From NCBI GenBank assembly GCA_965226375.1, contig CBDDCX010000005.1:64001-128000 (forward strand): a stretch of 64,000 nt of DNA, given 5' to 3'. Made by a program: the position numbers and the translations under genes. Position 1 is the first letter of the stretch. Every line of letters begins with the position of its first letter. The notes beneath the pieces were generated by a model, which made no database searches, was not told the DNA's origin, and was given only the letters and a program-made list of their open reading frames with translations. The stretch comes from Longimicrobiales bacterium. GTDB lineage: Bacteria > Gemmatimonadota > Gemmatimonadetes > Longimicrobiales > Gaopeijiaceae. Below, piece after piece: positions 58,675 through 64,000 of the stretch.

Positions 58675-61440
58675 CTAGGGGATCACCTTCGTCGCGGCGC
58701 CCTCGAAATCGCCTGCCTTCACGATCGTCATCTTACTCAAGTCGAGGTATCGACGCACCGCGGCGTTGACTTCCGCCACGGTGACGGCCTGAATCTGCTC
58801 CTCCAACTCGGCGTCCCATGTGAGGTCGCGGTCGAAGTAAAGCCCCTGTGTAAGAACGCTCGCCAGCGAAGGATCCTGAGCTCGGTTGAGCTGACGTGAC
58901 TGTAGGTATCCTTGCTTCGCGATTGCGAGATCCTCCTCAGCGAATCCGCCGTCGAGCACCTTCTGCATCTCCTCTCGGAACGCTGCTTCCAGCGGCTCGG
59001 CGTTCTCCGGGGCGTGGATGGCGAACGCCAGGAAGGAGCCCGACTCGTCGATGGGATGACCATTAATGCCGCCGCCCACGCCATAACTGAGCCCGTCTTG
59101 TTGGCGAATACGCTTTGCCAGCCGCGAGTTCATGACCCCACCCCCGATCATGTAGCCTCCAAGGATCAGGGCCGGGTAGTCGGGGTTGTCGTCCCGCAGG
59201 GAGAGGTTCTGTTGAGCGACGAAGATGGCGTTCGCCTTGTCTGGAGTCTCGATCTGCAGATGGACGGCTGGGGGGTCGAGGAATCTCGTAGCGATCCGGG
59301 TGGCCGCATAAGGGCTTTCCCAGTCACCGAAAGCCTCTTCGATGGCCGTTCGCATCTCGGCCTCGTCAAAATCGCCGACCAGAGCCAGCGTTCCTAGCTG
59401 CGGACCGTAGAAGTCGTCGTAGAACGCCTGGGCATCGGCCAAGGTGACGGCCTCCATGGCGGCGACGGCCTCTTCCACCGTCGGTGTGTAGCTCGGGTGT
59501 CCCGGAGGCACCGGGTTCATGTGCCTCCCCATGGCGATCTGCGCCAGGGAGTTGGGATCGGACCTCTGTTGTTCCAGCCCGGAAAGGCGCTGCTCCTTCA
59601 GGGTCTCGAACTCGCTGGCGGGAAAGGTGGGTGTCCGGATGATCTCCGCCAAGAGCCGCATGACTTCGGCCAGGTTCTCGCGTGTGGTCTGGACCTGACC
59701 CGATGCCTGAGTCACGCTTCCCACCACGGAGCCCGACGCCTGCAGGCGATCGAGTTCGTCTTGTATCTGTTGGCGCGTGTGCCCGCTGGATCCCCGCATG
59801 AGCATGGCGCCCGCCATGCTCCCGGCGGTCGCGCGTCCGGTGAGAGCCTCTTCATCGCCCAGAATCACGCGGAATCGGGCTACTACGGTCTCTCCTCGAG
59901 TCGACTTGGGGAGCAGCGCGATCTTCATACCGTTGGACAGCGTGTACCGGGTAGTGCGGCTCTCGATGTTGTCCGGCGCCGGATCGAACTCCTCGCCCGC
60001 CGCCACGGCCTCTCGGCCGGTATACCCCTCCAGGTCAGCAGCGATGTCCGGTAGATCGGGGACTTCGGCCCGGTCCGGTTCGTCCGTCGGATAGAAGAGG
60101 CCGACCGTGCGGTTATCCGGCTTGAGGTACTCGGCGGCTACTCTCTGGACGTCGGCGGCCTCCACCGATTCGATCCGGTCCCGGTGCAGGAAAAAGAGTC
60201 GCCAATCACCCATGGAGGCCCACTCACTGAGCTGTATGGCGATTCTCTCCGGATCGTTGAAGACCTGTTCGACGCTCTTGAGAAGTGCGGTCCTCGCTCG
60301 CTCGACCTCTTGGCCAGTGATCGGATTGCGAAGAACGTCCTCGAGGGATTCACTCATCGTTGTCCAGGCGCTCTGGAGGTCGTCCTCGGGGCGGACCTGT
60401 GCAAAGGCGAGCAGGGGCCCGGCCTCACGGAGCTGGTAGGCGAAGGCCCCCGTGGACGCGGCAAGCCCAGGCTCCACGAGTGCCTTGTACAGCCGGCCCG
60501 ACGGCTGGTCTCCCAACGCCTGCGCCAAGATGTCCACCGCCGCGTAGTCCGGGTGGGAGCCCGGAGGGACATGGTACGACATCATCACCACCTGGATGTC
60601 TCCAACGCGCCGGAGCGTGACCATACGCTCGCCGTCTTGCACGGGCTCCCGGGTGTAGGTCTCCCAAAGTGTGTTGGCTCCGGATCGATCCGGCCTGGGG
60701 ATCTGTCCGAAGGTTTCCACGATGAACTCGATGGCCCGGTCCTCTTCGAACTTGCCGGCCACGATCAACAGCGCGTTGTCCGGTTGGTAGTACTTCCGGT
60801 AGAACGCTTGGAGCCGATCGATCGGCACACTTTCCACGTCGGAGCGGGCCCCGATGATCGACTTTCCGTAGTTGTGCCAGAGATAGGCTGTGGAAAGGGT
60901 GCGCTGCATGAGAATACGGAAGGGGCTGTTCTCCCCTGACTCCATCTCGTTCCGGACGACCGTCATTTCCGATTCGAGGTCATCCGCGCTGATGAAGGAG
61001 TTGACCATCCGATCGGATTCGAGGTCGAGCGCCCACTCGAGGTTGTCTTCGGTGGCGGGAAAGGTCTCGTAGTAGTTGGTCCGGTCGAAGGAGGTGGTGC
61101 CGTTGGGGCGGGCGCCGCGTTCCGTGAGCTCCTCCGTAATCTCAGGATGGTCGGGGGTCCCTTGAAAGACGAGGTGCTCGAGAAGGTGTGCCATCCCAGT
61201 CTCGCCGTATGCCTCGTGCCGCGATCCTACGTTGTAAGTGATGTTGACGGTGGCGCTGGGCTTGCTGGCGTCCGGAAAGAGAAGGAAACGAAGCCCGTTG
61301 TCGAGGCGGTACTCGACGATTCCTTCCACCTCGCCGACGCGCGTGACCTCTTGACCCCATAAGGAGCCACTCATCATCAGGGCTAGGAGCGCGAATCCGG
61401 CGAGGGACCTCGGGATGGAGTAACGGGTTGGCGAAGACAT
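58675..61440 (-). CDS. Secreted M16 (pitrilysin/PqqL-like) zinc peptidase
   Basis: Signal peptide; GMAHLLEHL inverzincin motif, NGTTSFDRTNY, SRLAKRIRQQDGLSYG. Confidence 0.93.
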   Translation of the reverse strand: MSSPTRYSIPRSLAGFALLALMMSGSLWGQEVTRVGEVEGIVEYRLDNGLRFLLFPDASKPSATVNITYNVGSRHEAYGETGMAHLLEHLVFQGTPDHPEITEELTERGARPNGTTSFDRTNYYETFPATEDNLEWALDLESDRMVNSFISADDLESEMTVVRNEMESGENSPFRILMQRTLSTAYLWHNYGKSIIGARSDVESVPIDRLQAFYRKYYQPDNALLIVAGKFEEDRAIEFIVETFGQIPRPDRSGANTLWETYTREPVQDGERMVTLRRVGDIQVVMMSYHVPPGSHPDYAAVDILAQALGDQPSGRLYKALVEPGLAASTGAFAYQLREAGPLLAFAQVRPEDDLQSAWTTMSESLEDVLRNPITGQEVERARTALLKSVEQVFNDPERIAIQLSEWASMGDWRLFFLHRDRIESVEAADVQRVAAEYLKPDNRTVGLFYPTDEPDRAEVPDLPDIAADLEGYTGREAVAAGEEFDPAPDNIESRTTRYTLSNGMKIALLPKSTRGETVVARFRVILGDEEALTGRATAGSMAGAMLMRGSSGHTRQQIQDELDRLQASGSVVGSVTQASGQVQTTRENLAEVMRLLAEIIRTPTFPASEFETLKEQRLSGLEQQRSDPNSLAQIAMGRHMNPVPPGHPSYTPTVEEAVAAMEAVTLADAQAFYDDFYGPQLGTLALVGDFDEAEMRTAIEEAFGDWESPYAATRIATRFLDPPAVHLQIETPDKANAIFVAQQNLSLRDDNPDYPALILGGYMIGGGVMNSRLAKRIRQQDGLSYGVGGGINGHPIDESGSFLAFAIHAPENAEPLEAAFREEMQKVLDGGFAEEDLAIAKQGYLQSRQLNRAQDPSLASVLTQGLYFDRDLTWDAELEEQIQAVTVAEVNAAVRRYLDLSKMTIVKAGDFEGAATKVIP

Positions 61441-61521
61441 GGCTCTTCCTTCTCGATGAGTGCCCTCCGGGGCACTGGGAGTATCCAGACGACGGGTCCG
61501 ACTGGGGGGAGTTCGGTTCCG

Positions 61522-63242
61522 TCAGTCGGCGTTCACGTTCACCTCGAGCGTACGTAGACGATTGAGCGCGGCGGCGAACTCCAATGGCCGAAACGTGGCC
61601 AAATCGCCGGTCCGCCGCTCGTCAAGAGCGTCGAGCCCCTCATCCTCAATGATACGCGCAACCAGATGCGAAATCTCACCCATTGAGCGTTTCCCGTCCA
61701 GAAACGCTCACGGGCCAGCACGAGTGCACGTCCCACGGCCCTCGTCTGTGCTCGTGATACCAGCTGCGATACGGCCGAAAGATCGATCACGTGTCTACCG
61801 AGCACGAGCGTCTCCCGGTCACGAACCTTGAGGTCCACCTCACGTCGACCCCGGCTGGGATCCAGTGAGTGGGGGACCGGGGCCCGACCACGGATCGGCC
61901 CCATCGGGTTCGGCGTCTCCTGTTGGCGTCCGGTGGGGAGGTCCTCGGCGACGCGGCGAGCCTCTGCGGTCACGTCATGGGGTTGAAACTCCTTCATGGC
62001 CACCACGATGTCCGCTACGTCGAGGTAGTCTCCACTTCCTCCCAAGACGATCACCGAGCTCACGCCCCGATCTTCCCAAAGTGTTCTCACCCGGTCGACG
62101 AAAGGGGTGATGGGCTCCCCGGACTTGGGTACCAGAGCCTGCATGCGGCGATCACGGATCATGAAGTTGGTGGCCGCCGTGTCTTCGTCGATCAGGAGTG
62201 TGGTGGCGCCGGCTTCCAGCGCCTCCATGATCGAGGCTGCCTGGCTCGTGGATCCGGAGGCGTTCGGCGTGGAGAACACTTGCGTGTCCTGACCCTGCGG
62301 CAGGCCGTCGATGAACCCGGAGATGTCGACTCCTGAGACGGAGCGCCCGTCTTCGGCCCTGATCTTGACCGCCGCCGCTTCGGACACGGAGAACTCGCGG
62401 CCATCTCCCGGGCAGTGATTATGCACACCCGCCTCCAGGGCCCGGAGCAGTGTGCTCTTTCCATGATAGCCGCCTCCCACAATCAGGCTGACACCTCTGG
62501 GAAGCGCCATTCCGGTCAGCCAGCCGGCATTGGGTAGCTCGACGCTGGCCGCGAGGCTGGAGGGAGCGACGAAGGGTACGACCTCGTCTCCCGAAAGCGG
62601 CCTGTCATCGATACCACTCCTCCGGGGAAGGGAGGATCCGTTGCCCACGAAGGCGACCCAGCCCCGGTCGCTCAAGGACGCGCGCAACGCGTGGGCGTCT
62701 TCGTTGACGAGAGCGTGGCGCAGTACCTCGTCGGAACCCACGGCCCGATCGAGAAGACTCGCATGCACCACGGCGGGGACGTCCTCCGTGAGTAGGGCGA
62801 CGGCCTCTTGCCCCAACACCCTGCGGCCCGCAGCCGGGAGGCCGACCGTGAACCTTGCCTCCAGGCTGCCATCGTCAGATACGATCACCGCTGTGTGCGC
62901 TACGACCTCCTGACCGGGGGCCTCGATTTCAATGGCGCCACTCTTGCCGATGCCCCGAGGTTTCATGATGGCGAGCGCCACCCGATGGAACCGCCGGGCG
63001 AGCAGGCTCGCCACGCCGAGGCGGCGGGCGGTGGTTGCGCACGCCTCTAGTGCCAGGCCGGTGGTGGAGGGGGGGAGGAGGGTTCTCACCCGGCTCGGCG
63101 CAGCGAAGGGGTCTCCCTGAACGTGGTCGAGGTGCAAGACGAAGTCGGAGAACGCCCAGACGCCACGGAGGGCCTTGTAGGCCTTGTATCCTCTTCCGTC
63201 GATCTGCCCAAGCAGATCGACAAGGGCTTCCTTCGTGCTCAT
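61522..63242 (-). CDS. ABC-class ATPase domain protein (ABC_ATPase family), frameshift near 61697
   Basis: HVQGDPFAAPSR, GGGYHGKSTLL, IRAEDGR, ASGSTSQAA, IDEDTAATNFMIRD. The C-terminus RPLEFAAALNRLR is in another frame. Confidence 0.87.
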
Positions 63243-63418
63243 GGACCCCATCGGACACCCCTGGGCTCCCGCCGGTTCCTCGTCGCGCTCGTTGTGTGTG
63301 ATCTCGCATGCGAGCGCTGCTTCGGAACCTTTGCCCTCCCGTCGTGATTCTCTACGCGTGGCCACGCGTGAACCTGTCACACGTGGCTTATGAACTGGAC
63401 TCTTCTCGGGGGCGATGA

Positions 63419-64000
63419 ATGGGTTCCGACTTGCTTCGCACGACGTTCGATCGCGGTGCACGTTTTGCCTGGGGCACGGCCACCATCGCGGTGATAATTC
63501 TTCCGAGCGCGGTAGCCGGCCAGTGGGTCGAGGCGCCGGGAAAAGGGTGGATCAGCGCCGAGGTCTACCACCAGGACACGACGGAACAGTATGATCTGCA
63601 GGCCGAAAAGAGTCCCATCCCGTTCGAGGGCCACGCCAAGTCCACGGCCCTCTTCGTTACGTTCGCCGTGGGACTGGTCCCGAACTGGGATCTGTGGGCC
63701 CGAGGCTCCGTCAACTCTCTGTCGTTTTCCGACTTCGGTGCCGAACGCTCGGAAGATGGACTGGGCGACGCCAACGTCTGGTTGCGCGTGGCGCCGCTCA
63801 AGTACCTGGGCGTGGACTTTCCGTTCGCGATCCGAGGTGGGGTGAAGTTACCCATCGGCGACTCGCCCGTGGATGCCGAGATCATTCCCCTCAGCGAGGG
63901 CCAGACGGATTGGGAGATCATGGCCGAGGTCGGGCACTCCTTCTGGCCCCGCTCCGTTTATGTGAACGGGTGGGTGGGCTATCGGTACCGGAAGCTCAAT
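63419..64000 (+). CDS. Putative outer-membrane beta-barrel/transporter protein (runs off the window)
   Basis: Manual translation: signal-like region, AGQWVEAPGKGW, GLGDANVWLR, GVKLPIGD, PLSEGQTDWE; open to the window end. Confidence 0.65.
   Translation, partial: MGSDLLRTTFDRGARFAWGTATIAVIILPSAVAGQWVEAPGKGWISAEVYHQDTTEQYDLQAEKSPIPFEGHAKSTALFVTFAVGLVPNWDLWARGSVNSLSFSDFGAERSEDGLGDANVWLRVAPLKYLGVDFPFAIRGGVKLPIGDSPVDAEIIPLSEGQTDWEIMAEVGHSFWPRSVYVNGWVGYRYRKLN

Overview
A GC-rich (about 65% by eye) bacterial chromosome segment of about 50 mostly housekeeping and cell-envelope genes. The gene repertoire (Vps10/BNR propeller protein, DUF5916, DUF4159-type MoxR operon, PorV-like barrel) suggests Gemmatimonadota or a similar lineage; this is inference. 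Recognisable genes are thiC with a TPP riboswitch, ettA, hemG/hemH, ferritin, a cyclophilin, infA, HU, an aspartate aminotransferase, a DEAD-box helicase, threonine ammonia-lyase, mntR, apaG and an M16 peptidase. A 15.7 kb nine-gene MoxR/vWA/DUF4159 operon occupies 12237-27918. One complete IS256 (51092-52486) has 8-bp target duplications. Best leads: (1) the IS256 splits a GGA-rich, terminator-ended non-coding segment that resembles a CsrA/RsmA-sponge sRNA; (2) a coupled three-gene unit encodes a cysteine-free DsbA-fold protein, a small unknown protein and a catalytically dead DeaD-like helicase; (3) the MoxR operon carries a caspase-fold pseudo-protease, a TPR-gluzincin, an 18-bp VNTR that frameshifts one DUF4159 gene, and an ERIC-like palindrome; (4) a TA-flanked palindromic MITE-like element; (5) a secreted 29-aa His-repeat protein. 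About eight genes are frameshifted, mostly by single-base indels in short runs, so some are probably long-read consensus errors. No rRNA, tRNA or CRISPR array was seen. Family assignments come from motif recognition, not database searches.
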